Source: a virus (lineage: Duplodnaviria; Heunggongvirae; Uroviricota; Caudoviricetes). Taken from it: 49,769 nt of DNA. The stretch is from IMG/VR virus record IMGVR_UViG_638341086_000008; one strand, given 5' to 3'. Below are positions 29,369 to 38,780 of this stretch, in pieces; the first letter of the stretch is position 1, and every line of letters begins with the position of its first letter. A program made the translations under genes and the position numbers. The notes beneath the pieces were generated by a model. The model was not told the origin of the DNA. It made no database searches and saw nothing but the letters and a program-made list of their open reading frames with translations.

Positions 29369-30112
29369 ATGACCACACCAAATCCACTGGCAAAAACGAA
29401 AGGTGCGGGAACGACGTTCTGGATGTATACCGGCAAGGGCGATGCGTTTGTGAACCCTTTATCGGACACTGACTGGCTGCGTCTTGCGATGGTGAAGGAT
29501 CTGCAACCTGGCGAAATGACCGCTGATGCAGAAGATGACACTTATCTCGATGATGAAGATGCAGACTGGAAAACGACAACCCAGGGGCAGAAATCAGTCG
29601 GTGATACTTCGGCGACGCTGGCCTGGCGTCCGGGGGACAGCGGGCAGAAAAAACTGGTTCAGTTGTTCGACTCCGGTGAAGTCTGCGCGTTTCGTATCAA
29701 ATATCCCAACGGTACTGTTGATGTTTTCCGTGGCTGGCTGAGTTCACTGGGTAAAACCATTGCTTCAAAAGACGTGATGACCCGCACAGTGAAAATCAGC
29801 GGTGTGGGGCGTCCGTATCTGGCAGAGGAAGGCACTGAAACCGTGGGCGTTACCGGGCTGACGGTGGCACCGGCATCTGCCAGTGTAAAAGTGGGAGCAA
29901 CCACCACGCTGACCTTTACAGTAAAACCTGACGGAGCCAGTGACAAAGCGATCAGTGTGCATTCGACAGATCCACAGACTGCCACGGTGACCCTGAACGG
30001 GCTTGTGGCCACGGTGAAAGGCGTGAAGCAGGGCAGTGTCAGCATTGTGGGCATGACTTCTGACGGCGATTTTGTGGCAGTGGCTACGGTGGCTGTCAGC
30101 GCCGCAGGTTAA
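29369..30112 (+). CDS. Major tail protein V with C-terminal Ig-like (Big_2) domain
   Basis: Starts MTTPNPLAKTKGAGTTFWMYTGKGD after AAGGAGGTGG; ..YLDDEDADW..GQKS.GDTS.TLAW.. and a C-terminal Ig-like stretch, as in lambda gpV. Confidence 0.85.
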   Translation: MTTPNPLAKTKGAGTTFWMYTGKGDAFVNPLSDTDWLRLAMVKDLQPGEMTADAEDDTYLDDEDADWKTTTQGQKSVGDTSATLAWRPGDSGQKKLVQLFDSGEVCAFRIKYPNGTVDVFRGWLSSLGKTIASKDVMTRTVKISGVGRPYLAEEGTETVGVTGLTVAPASASVKVGATTTLTFTVKPDGASDKAISVHSTDPQTATVTLNGLVATVKGVKQGSVSIVGMTSDGDFVAVATVAVSAAG

Positions 30113-30169
30113 CAGGACGATACTCATCATTTGCCCCGGTTATCCGGGGCTTTTTTGCAGGTGGAGAAC

Positions 30170-30559
30170 ATGATGTTTCTGAAACAGGGCACGTTTAATT
30201 ATGAAAAGCAGTCCGTGGTGCTCAGTGAGCTGTCCGGGCTGCAGAGAATTGAATATCTGGCGTTTGTTCAGCAGCGAACGGCAAAGTTTGATGCCGAAGA
30301 GGGAGAACTGCCGGAGGCTGAACGACAGATTGCTTTTCTGCGGATGGGGATGGATATCAATGCCTGGCTGGTTTCCCGCTCACTGTGGAATGCGGAACAG
30401 TCTCAGGATGTTGAGACGCTTTGCGCATCCGTTATTACAACATGGTCGTATGATGCCCTGGGAACGGGGGCGGAGATGGTTCTGTCGCTGAGCGGTATGG
30501 GAGCCATTGAGAATGCCGGGGATTTGGAGCATGAGGTGCTGACGCCGGAAAAGTCCTGA
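30170..30559 (+). CDS. Tail assembly chaperone G
   Basis: Starts MMFLKQG after GGTGGAG; ..LSELSGLQRIEYLAF.. motif; immediately upstream of the tape-measure gene. Confidence 0.8.
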   Translation: MMFLKQGTFNYEKQSVVLSELSGLQRIEYLAFVQQRTAKFDAEEGELPEAERQIAFLRMGMDINAWLVSRSLWNAEQSQDVETLCASVITTWSYDALGTGAEMVLSLSGMGAIENAGDLEHEVLTPEKS

Positions 30560-30897
30560 CGCGGGAAATGCAGTTTGTCATGCGGCTTGCCCGGGAGTTC
30601 AGGCGGGCAGACTGGCGGCGGATGCTGTCGGAAATGTCGGCCACTGAGCTTGGTGAGTGGGGCGATTATTTCCGGATGCAGAGCTTCAGTGATGTGTGGA
30701 TGGATGCGCAGTTTGCCTCGCTGAAGGCATTGATCGTGAGAATGGTGTCCGGCAGCAGTGATGCTGCGGTGGCTGATTTCAGCCTTTTACCGGAAGAGAA
30801 CGGGATACCGGAGCGAACGGACGAAGAACTGATGCATCTTGGGGAAGGTATTTCCGGAGGTGTGCGTTATGGACCAGATAGCCAACCTGGTCATTGA
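30170..30897 (+). CDS. Tail assembly chaperone G-T fusion produced by programmed -1 ribosomal frameshift (slip at GGAAAAG, 30547..30553)
   Basis: The -1 frame is open from the end of G through 30897 (..KVLTREMQFVMRLAREF...), overlapping the tape-measure start, the conserved G/GT architecture of long-tailed phages. Confidence 0.6.
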
Positions 30898-33800
30898 TTT
30901 GGGGATTGATGCGGCAGAGTTTAAAAATGAAATTCCCCGTATCAAAAACCTTCTGAATCGTGCAGCCAGCGATGCAGAACGGTCTTCTGCCCGTATGCAG
31001 CGTTTTATGGAGCGTCAGACTCAGGCCGCCCGGCAGACAACGCAGGCGGCTTCTTCGGCTGCAACAGCCGCATCCGTCCATGCGCAGACGGTGGAGAAGA
31101 ACGCACAGGCTCATGAACGCATGGCCCGCGAGGTGGAGAAAACCCGCCAGCGCATGGAGGCGCTGAGCCAGAAAATGCGCGAGGAACAGGCGCAGGCCAT
31201 GGCTCTGGCGGAGGCTCAGGATAAAGCGGCTGCTGCGTTTTATCGTCAGATTGACAGTGTGAAACAGGCCAGTGCGGGGCTGCAGGAATTACAGCGTATT
31301 CAGCAGCAGATCCGACAGGCCAGAAACAGTGGCGGGATTGGTCAGCAGGATTATCTGGCGCTGATTTCTGAGGTTACTGCGAAAACCCGTGTTCTTACAC
31401 AGGCTGAGGAAGAGGCTACCCGACAGAAAGTGGCGTTTATCCGTCAGCTTAAAGAGCAGGCAACCCGCCAGAATCTTTCATCTTCTGAGTTGCTTCGTGC
31501 CAAGGCAGCCCAGCTGGGGGTAAGCAGTGCTGCAGAAGTGTATATCCGCAAAATGGAGCAGGCAGGAAAAGCCACGCATTCGCTGGGTCTGAAAAGTGCA
31601 GCAGCCCGCCAGGAGATAGGCGTTCTGATAGGTGAACTGGCCCGCGGCAATTTAGGGGCGCTGAGGGGATCCGGGATAACGCTGGCTAACCGTGCCGGAT
31701 GGATAGACACACTGATGTCACCGAAAGGCATGATGCTTGGCGGGGTTATTGGCGGTATTGCCGCGGCCGTCTATGGTCTGGGTAAAGCCTGGTATGACGG
31801 TCAGAAGGAGGGGGAAGAATTTAACCGCCAGTTGTCGCTGACGGGGCATTATGCCGGAGTCACTGCCGGGCAGCTGTGGACGCTCAGTCGTGCTATTTCC
31901 GGGAATGGTATCACGCAACATGCTGCAGCCGGTGCGCTGGCTCATGTGGTGGGGAGTGGTGCATTTCGTGGAAACGATATCGGTATGGTGGCGAGAGCTG
32001 CCGCACAGATGGAGCGATCGGTTGGCCAGTCGGTCAGCGATACCATAAATCAGTTTAAGCGGCTGAAGGATGATCCTGTAAATGCCGCGAAGGCTCTGGA
32101 CAATGAGCTGCATTTTCTTACTGCCACTCAGCTTGAGCAGATACGTGTCCTTGGGGATCAGGGACGGTCCAGTGAGGCTGCACGGATAGCCATGTCTGCA
32201 CTGGCAGAGGAAACCGGTCGGCGTACTGCGGATATTGATAATAACCTCAATGCGCTTGGCAGTACGCTGAAGTATCTGTCTGATTTGTGGAGTCGTTTCT
32301 GGGATGCGGCCATGAATATTGGTCGTGAAGACTCGCTGGATGAACAGATTACCGCTTTACAGGAGAAAGTGTCGTGGGCGAAAAGACTCCCCTGGACGGC
32401 ATCATCTTCTCAGGTTGAATACGATCAGCAGCGTCTTAACGATCTTCAGGAGAAAAAACGCCAGAAGGATTTGCAGGATGCAAAAGAGCAGGCAGAGCGG
32501 AATTATCAGGAGCAACAGAAACGACGTAATGCTGAAAATGCTGCACTGAACCGGATGAATGAAACGGAAGCAGCACGACATCAGCGTGAAATTGCGCGTA
32601 TTAATGCCATGCAGTACGCCGACCAGGCTGTCAGGGATGCGGCGATACAACGTGAAAATGAACGTTACGAGAAAGCCCTGGCATCCGGTAAGAAAAAAAC
32701 ACGCGAAACCCGTAATGATGAGGCCACCCGGTTATTGCTGCAGTACAGTCAGCAACAGGCACAGGTGGAAGGACAGATTGCTGCTGCAAGACAGTCAGCA
32801 GGCATTGCCACTGAAAAGATGACAGAAGCGCATAAACAGCTTCTGGCTCTGCAGCAGCGCATCAGCGATCTGGACGGGAAAAAACTGACGGCAGATGAAA
32901 AGAGTGTGCTGGCCCGTAAAGATGAACTGATTCAGGCACTGACGCTGCTGGATGTAAAACAGCAGGAGCTTCAGAAACAGACGGCACTCAACGATCTGAA
33001 GAAAAAAACAATTCAGCTGACCAGTCAACTGGCTGAAGAAGAGCGCGCTCAGCGTCAGCAACATGACCTGGATATCGCCACGGTGGGTATGGGTGATCAG
33101 CAGCGGCAGCGATATCAGGTACAACTGAGTCTTCGCCAGAAATACCAGCAACAGCTGGAGCAGTTGAGGCGGGATAGTGAGCAGAAAGGGACATATAACA
33201 CGGATGACTACAGAAAAGCCGAGCAGGCGCTGACGGAGAGCCTGAACCGACAACTGAATGAGAGTCGCCGTTACTGGCAACAGCTTGAAGTTGTGCAGGG
33301 TAACTGGAAAAACGGAGTCCTGCGTGCATTTCAGGATTTTACCGTGGATGCAGACAATACGGCAGGAATAGCAGAACAGGTGTTCTCGTCAGCCTTCAGC
33401 AACATGAGAAATGGCCTGGCAACTTTTGTCACTACCGGCAAACTCAACTTCAAATCCTTCACCTCTTCGGTGCTGTCAGATATGGCGAAAATCCTGGCGC
33501 AGGCAACCATGATGAAATCGATAAAAGGGATTGGCAGTGTACTGGGATTTGATCTCAGCAGCCTTTCCCTGAATGCCAATGGGGGGATTTATCAGTCTGC
33601 TGATTTGAGTCGTTACAGTGGCACGGTGGTTAACCGTCCGACGTTTTTTGCTTTTGCAAAAGGCGCGGGTGTGATGGGGGAAGCTGGACCTGAAGCCATT
33701 CTGCCACTGCGTCGTGGTGCTGACGGTAAGCTGGGGGTTGTGGCGGATATTGGTGGTTCAGGTATGGCGATGTTTGCCCCGCAGTACAACATCGAGATCA

Positions 33801-33934
33801 ATAACGATGGCACGAACGGGCAGATAGGTCCGGCTGCCCTGAAGGTGGTTTATGACCTTGGGAAAAAAGCGGCAGCGGACTTTATGCAACAGCAGGCCCG
33901 TGATGGTGGTCGGTTAAGTGGAGCATATCGGTAA
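30869..33934 (+). CDS. Tail tape measure protein (gpH-like)
   Basis: ~1020-aa, highly alpha-helical, Q/A/R/E-rich ORF in the canonical position; GGAGGTG ribosome-binding site. Confidence 0.85.
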   Translation: MDQIANLVIDLGIDAAEFKNEIPRIKNLLNRAASDAERSSARMQRFMERQTQAARQTTQAASSAATAASVHAQTVEKNAQAHERMAREVEKTRQRMEALSQKMREEQAQAMALAEAQDKAAAAFYRQIDSVKQASAGLQELQRIQQQIRQARNSGGIGQQDYLALISEVTAKTRVLTQAEEEATRQKVAFIRQLKEQATRQNLSSSELLRAKAAQLGVSSAAEVYIRKMEQAGKATHSLGLKSAAARQEIGVLIGELARGNLGALRGSGITLANRAGWIDTLMSPKGMMLGGVIGGIAAAVYGLGKAWYDGQKEGEEFNRQLSLTGHYAGVTAGQLWTLSRAISGNGITQHAAAGALAHVVGSGAFRGNDIGMVARAAAQMERSVGQSVSDTINQFKRLKDDPVNAAKALDNELHFLTATQLEQIRVLGDQGRSSEAARIAMSALAEETGRRTADIDNNLNALGSTLKYLSDLWSRFWDAAMNIGREDSLDEQITALQEKVSWAKRLPWTASSSQVEYDQQRLNDLQEKKRQKDLQDAKEQAERNYQEQQKRRNAENAALNRMNETEAARHQREIARINAMQYADQAVRDAAIQRENERYEKALASGKKKTRETRNDEATRLLLQYSQQQAQVEGQIAAARQSAGIATEKMTEAHKQLLALQQRISDLDGKKLTADEKSVLARKDELIQALTLLDVKQQELQKQTALNDLKKKTIQLTSQLAEEERAQRQQHDLDIATVGMGDQQRQRYQVQLSLRQKYQQQLEQLRRDSEQKGTYNTDDYRKAEQALTESLNRQLNESRRYWQQLEVVQGNWKNGVLRAFQDFTVDADNTAGIAEQVFSSAFSNMRNGLATFVTTGKLNFKSFTSSVLSDMAKILAQATMMKSIKGIGSVLGFDLSSLSLNANGGIYQSADLSRYSGTVVNRPTFFAFAKGAGVMGEAGPEAILPLRRGADGKLGVVADIGGSGMAMFAPQYNIEINNDGTNGQIGPAALKVVYDLGKKAAADFMQQQARDGGRLSGAYR

Positions 33935-34263
33935 TGGAGACGTTTCACTGGAAAGTGCGCCCGGATATGAATGTGGTATCAGAGCCGAAAGTGGTGACAG
34001 TGAAGCTGGGCGATGGTTATGAACAGCGTCGTGCGGCGGGACTGAATAACCAGTTGTCGATTTACAGCGTGACGATACGTGTTCGTAAATGTGAACACCC
34101 ATCTTTAAAAGCCTTTCTGGAACGGCACTGTGGCGTCCGCGCATTTCAGTGGACGCCACCTTATGACTGGAAGCCGATCAGGGTGGTTTGTCGTAAATGG
34201 TCGGCAAGCGTGGGGGCGTTGTGGGTAACCATAACGGCAGATTTTGAACAGGTCGTGGCATAG
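33934..34263 (+). CDS. Minor tail protein M
   Basis: 109 aa, METFHWKVRPDMNVVSEPKVV..GDGYEQR..WTPPYDW..; lambda gpM-like. Confidence 0.8.
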   Translation: METFHWKVRPDMNVVSEPKVVTVKLGDGYEQRRAAGLNNQLSIYSVTIRVRKCEHPSLKAFLERHCGVRAFQWTPPYDWKPIRVVCRKWSASVGALWVTITADFEQVVA

Positions 34264-34272
34264 GAGTCTCTG

Positions 34273-34971
34273 ATGCAGGATATTCCACAGGAAACACATC
34301 ATGAGACGACACGCCTCACTCAGTCAGCCCAGGTGGTGCTCTGGGAAATCGATCTGACAGTGGTCGGTGGAGAACGTTATTTTTTCTGTAATGAGCAGAA
34401 CGATAAAGGTGAGCCGGTCACCTGGCAGGGGCGACAGTATCAGGCGTATCCCATTCAGGGGACGGGATTTGAACTGAACGGCAAAGGCAGTGCTGCCCGT
34501 CCGACACTGACGGTTTCTAACCTGCACGGCATGGTCACCGGGATGGCGGAAGACCTGCAGAGTCTGGTCGGAGGAACGGTGGTCCGGCGTAAGGTTTACG
34601 CCCGTTTTCTGGATGCGGTGAACTTCGTCAACGGAAACAGTGACGCCGATCCGGAGCAGGAGGTGATCAGCCGCTGGCGCATTGAGCAGTGCAGCGAACT
34701 GAGCGCGGTGAGTGCCTCTTTTGTACTGTCCACGCCGACGGAAACGGACGGCGCTGTTTTTCCGGGACGTATCATGCTGGCCAACACCTGCACCTGGACC
34801 TATCGCGGCGATGAGTGCGGTTATCACGGTCCGGCGGTCGCGGATGAATATGACCAGCCAACGTCCGATATCACGAAGGATAAATGCAGCAAATGCCTGA
34901 GCGGTTGTAAGTTCCGCAATAACGTCGGCAACTTTGGCGGCTTCCTTTCCATTAACAAACTTTCGCAGTGA
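34273..34971 (+). CDS. Minor tail protein L
   Basis: 232 aa with C-terminal Cys cluster (CGYHG...CSKCLSGC), as in lambda gpL. Confidence 0.8.
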   Translation: MQDIPQETHHETTRLTQSAQVVLWEIDLTVVGGERYFFCNEQNDKGEPVTWQGRQYQAYPIQGTGFELNGKGSAARPTLTVSNLHGMVTGMAEDLQSLVGGTVVRRKVYARFLDAVNFVNGNSDADPEQEVISRWRIEQCSELSAVSASFVLSTPTETDGAVFPGRIMLANTCTWTYRGDECGYHGPAVADEYDQPTSDITKDKCSKCLSGCKFRNNVGNFGGFLSINKLSQ

Positions 34972-34976
34972 ATCCC

Positions 34977-35075
34977 ATGACAGAGACAGAATCAGCGATT
35001 CTGGCGCACGCCCGGCGATGTGCGCCAGCAGAGTCGTGCGGCTTCGTGGTGAGAACACCGGAGGGGGAAAGATAT
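34977..35075 (+). pseudogene. Tail assembly protein K, 5' fragment (33 codons) upstream of the IS66 insertion
   Basis: MTETESAILAHARRCAPAESCGFVVRTPEGERY, then the IS end GTAAGCG at 35076; reading frame resumes at 37537. Confidence 0.8.
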
Positions 35076-35112
35076 GTAAGCGTGCAGCAAGAACCGTATT
35101 GACGGGGATGTG

Positions 35113-36650
35113 TTATTCAGTCGGCAGTGCTACGCGCCAGGGGAGCAGTTCGCCGACCCGGTTTATCGGCCAGTCGGCTATGACGTCAAGGACATAGCGG
35201 AGGTAGCTTTCTGGCTCCACTCCGTTCAGTTTGCACGTCCCGATCAGGCTGTACAGCAGCGCTCCCCGCTCTCCTCCATGATCCGAACCGAAGAACAGGT
35301 AGTTTTTGCGGCCCAGACTGACCATCCGCAACGCATTTTCAGCGATGTTATTGTCCGCCTCAGCCCAGCCATCATCTGCATAGTACGTCAGCGCCGGCCA
35401 CTGGTTCAGGGCGTATGCGAACGCTTTCGCCAGTTCTGAGTGTCGCGACAGGGTTTTCATCTTTTCACGCAGCCAGCTTTCCAGGGATTTCAGCAGCGGT
35501 TTCGTTTTCAACTGACGTTCGGCAAGGCGCTGCTCCGCCGTCATTCCCCTTATCTCTGCCTCGATGGCGTACAGTTCGCCGATCCGTTTCAGCGCTTCCT
35601 CCGTCAGGGCTGACGGGGTGCGAACGTGCACATCGTGGATTTTACGGCGGGCGTGAGCCCAACAGGCGGCTTCCGTTATCCGGCCATCCCGGTACAGCTC
35701 GTTGAACCCGGCGTATGCATCCGCCTGCAGTACACCACTGAACCCCGCAAGATGGGTCTGCGGATGGATGCCTTTTCTGTCCGGGCTGTAAGCGAACCAC
35801 ACCGCCGGCGCCAGCGTTGACCCGGCGTTACGGTCGTCACGAACGTAGGTCCATAACCGCCCGGTCTTCGTTTTCTTATTGCCTGGCAACAGCACCGGGA
35901 CAGGCGTGTCATCAGCATGGAGCTTACCGTCAGTCAGCACATAGTCCTGAAGCGCTTCTTCCAGCGGTGACAGTAGCCGGCAGCATGCATCCACCCAGCC
36001 CGACAGCAGTGAACGACTCAGCTCCACGCCCTGGCGGCCGTACATTTCAGACTGGCGGTACAGCGGGGTGTGCTCTGCATACTTTGAGATCAGCACGCGG
36101 GCCAGCAGCCCCGGTCCTGCGATACCCCGCTCGATGGGCCGTGAAGGCGCGGGGGCTGCACGATGGCATCGCACTGAGTACAGGCATGCTTTTCACGTAC
36201 AGTCCGGATAACCCGGAAGGCGCTGCGCATCAGCTCCAGCTGTTCGGCGGCATCCTCACCCAGATAGCTCAGCGAGCCTCCACATTCCGGGCAGCATGAC
36301 GCTGCCGGCAGCAGCCGTTTTTCATCGCGGGGGAGTGATTCGGGGAACGGTTTGCGGGTGCGGGTTTGACGCAGCGGGCGCTGCACGGCCGGGTCGTCAA
36401 CCCGACCGGTAAGGGTATCACTTTCTTTCTGAAGTGCCTTCAGGTCAGCTTCCATCGGTGCGATACGACGGGAGACTTTTTCCGAGCGGCTGCCGAAGTT
36501 CATCCGGCGCAGCTTATCCAGCTGTGCCTGCAGATGGTCTATTTCGCGTTCACGCTCGTTCAGCTTTTCCTGCAGGGCACGGTTCAGCGCCTCCTGTTCG
36601 GCAAGGAGACGTTTCAGTGCATTGATATCGTCAGGAAGTGAGCTGCTCAT
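35113..36650 (-). pseudogene. tnpC: IS66-family transposase TnpC (copy 3), frameshifted near 36090..36174
   Basis: Two overlapping minus-strand ORFs (36090..36650 and 35113..36174) together span the TnpC alignment. Confidence 0.75.
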
Positions 36651-36698
36651 ACCGGGTATATTACCAGGCTCATTCAGCGTCGACCAGGATAAAGAGGC

Positions 36699-37046
36699 TT
36701 ACAACATAGTCAGGGACGTAAGCAGTCTTTTAGGCTGCCGCCAGTCGATACCTTCCAGCAGCATCGCCAGCTGTGCCGGTGTGAGGAACACTTTGCCATC
36801 CCGGGCTGACGGCCAGGCGAAGCGGCCGCGCTCCAGCCGTTTGGTCAGCAGACACAGTCCATCGCCGGTAGACCAGAGGAGCTTTACCTGACTGCCATTA
36901 CGCCCACGGAAGATAAAAACGTGACCTGACATCGGATCGTCTTTCAGCGTCGTCTGCACCTTTGCCGCCAGGCCGTTGAAGCCGTTTCTCATATCGGTGA
37001 TGCCAGCGACCAGCCAGATCTTTGTCCCTGATGGTAATGGGATCAA
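36699..37046 (-). CDS. tnpB: IS66-family TnpB (copy 3)
   Basis: 115 aa, MIPLPSGTKIWLVAGITDMRNGFNGL.... Confidence 0.85.
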   Translation of the reverse strand: MIPLPSGTKIWLVAGITDMRNGFNGLAAKVQTTLKDDPMSGHVFIFRGRNGSQVKLLWSTGDGLCLLTKRLERGRFAWPSARDGKVFLTPAQLAMLLEGIDWRQPKRLLTSLTML

Positions 37047-37447
37047 CGTTTGAGCTCCCGTATCAGCAGGTTCAGGATATTTTCGCTGATGGCACCATTC
37101 AGACGGAGTGATCCGTGCCGGAACGTCACTTCACAGCTGATATTGAGTGATTCAGGTGTCGCAGCAGCTACAGGTTGTGACCGGGGGGAGGTTGTAGGGA
37201 CAACATCTTCGGCATCAAGTGTTATCGGGAGCAGCTCAGGCACGTTGTTTTCTGTTGTTGAAGGAGGACGTAGTTTTCCTTCGCGCCAGTACTGGCGCCA
37301 CTTGAACAGCAAATTATCGTTGATCCCATGCTCACGAGCGAGTTGCGCTACGGAGATCTCTGGTCGATGCGAGAGTTCAACCATTTTGATTTTGAACTCA
37401 ACGGGATAATTAGGGCTTTTTTTACGCACTGCGGTTAATGATTTCAT
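37043..37447 (-). CDS. tnpA: IS66-family TnpA (copy 3)
   Basis: 134 aa, ..YPVEFKIKMVELSHRPEISVAQLAREHGINDNLLFKWR.. Confidence 0.8.
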   Translation of the reverse strand: MKSLTAVRKKSPNYPVEFKIKMVELSHRPEISVAQLAREHGINDNLLFKWRQYWREGKLRPPSTTENNVPELLPITLDAEDVVPTTSPRSQPVAAATPESLNISCEVTFRHGSLRLNGAISENILNLLIRELKR

Positions 37448-37536
37448 GGATAGCGTCCACCATATTTGGTGTCCACTATTCTCTCAGGAATTTCAGGATC
37501 TGCCAGACGGTGCTGAGACGACGCTTACAAAGATAT

Positions 37537-38181
37537 TTTCCCTGCGTGAATATCTCCGGTGAGCCGGAGGCGTATTTCCGGATGTCGCCGGAGGACTGGC
37601 TGCGGGCAGAGATGCAGGGTGAGATTGTGGCGCTGGTCCACAGCCACCCCGGTGGTCTGCCCTGGCTGAGTGAGACCGACCGGCGGCTGCAGGTGCAGAG
37701 TGATTTGCCGTGGTGGCTGGTTTGCCGGGGGGCGATTCACAAGTTCCGCTGTGTGCCACATCTTTCCGGGCGGCGCTTTGAGCACGGGGTGACGGACTGT
37801 TACACGCTGTTCCGGGATGCTTACCATCTGGCGGGGATTGAGATGCCGGATTTTCATCGCGAGGATGACTGGTGGCGTCACGGTCAGAATCTCTATCTGG
37901 ATAATCTGGAGGCCACAGGGCTGTATCAGGTGCCGTTGTCAGCGGCGCAGCCGGGCGATGTGCTGCTGTGCTGTTTTGGTTCATCGGTGCCGAATCATGC
38001 CGCCATTTACTGTGGTGACGGCGAGCTGCTGCACCATATTCCTGAACAACTGAGCAAACGAGAGAGGTATACCGACAAATGGCAGCGACGCACACACTCC
38101 CTCTGGCGTCACCAGGCATGGCACGCATCTGCCTTTACGGGGATTTGCAACGATTTGGCCGCCGCATCGATCTGCGTGTGA
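37537..38181 (+). pseudogene. Tail assembly protein K, 3' fragment (NlpC/P60-like and JAB/MPN-like region)
   Basis: Frame resumes ..FPCVNISGEPEAYFRMSPEDW...HSHPGG...; joined to 34977..35075 it restores a continuous ORF across the target-site duplication. Confidence 0.8.
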
Positions 38182-38720
38182 AAACGGGGGCCGAAGCCAT
38201 CCGGGCGCTGGCCATGCAGATCCCGGCGTTTCGTCAGAAGCTGAGCGACGGCTGGTATCAGGTACGCATTGCCGGGCGTGATACAGGTGAAACGGAATTA
38301 TCAGCCCGTCTTAATGAACCGCTGGCAAATGGTGCTGTGATCCATATCGTGCCGCGTCTGGCAGGAGCCAAAAGTGGCGGTGTGTTTCAGGCTGTGCTGG
38401 GGGCGGCTGTTATGGCGGTTGCTATATGGATGCCGGGGGTAGGAATTATGGCGAGTAATCTGCTGTTTTCTCTCGGTGCCAGTATGACGCTTGGCGGTGT
38501 TGCACAGATGCTGGCCCCTAAACCCAAAACCCCCCGCACACAGACAACGGATAACGGCAAACAGAACACCTATTTCTCCTCACTGGATAACATGGTTGCC
38601 CAGGGCAATGTTCTGCCCGTTCTGTACGGTGAAATGCGCGTGGGGTCACGCGTGGTTTCTCAGGAGATCAGCACGGCAGACGAAGGGGATGGTGGTCAGG
38701 TTGTGGTGATTGGTCGTTGA
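38079..38720 (+). CDS. Tail assembly protein I
   Basis: 213 aa, MAATHTLPLASPGMARICLYGDLQRFG..., ubiquitin-like N-terminus; overlaps the end of K as in lambda. Confidence 0.8.
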   Translation: MAATHTLPLASPGMARICLYGDLQRFGRRIDLRVKTGAEAIRALAMQIPAFRQKLSDGWYQVRIAGRDTGETELSARLNEPLANGAVIHIVPRLAGAKSGGVFQAVLGAAVMAVAIWMPGVGIMASNLLFSLGASMTLGGVAQMLAPKPKTPRTQTTDNGKQNTYFSSLDNMVAQGNVLPVLYGEMRVGSRVVSQEISTADEGDGGQVVVIGR

Positions 38721-38780
38721 TGAAAAACGTTTTATGTGAAACCGCCTGCGGGCGGTTTTGTCGTTTCTGGAGCGTGAGGA

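Larger units (their letters stand above)
35076..37528 (-). mobile_element. IS66-family insertion sequence, copy 3 (tnpC frameshifted), inserted in tail gene K
   Basis: Ends GTAAGCGTGCAGC... and ...GACGACGCTTAC; perfect 8-bp target-site duplication AAAGATAT at 35068..35075 and 37529..37536; tnpA-tnpB-tnpC on the minus strand. Confidence 0.85.

Noticed and set aside
31444-33813. Multiple antisense and alternative-frame ORFs within the tape-measure gene
   Set aside because: Nested in a long, well-supported structural gene; no independent start signals.
37493-38128. 211-aa minus-strand ORF overlapping tail gene K
   Set aside because: Antisense to the conserved K reading frame; low-complexity Ala/Pro/Arg-rich translation typical of a spurious ORF.
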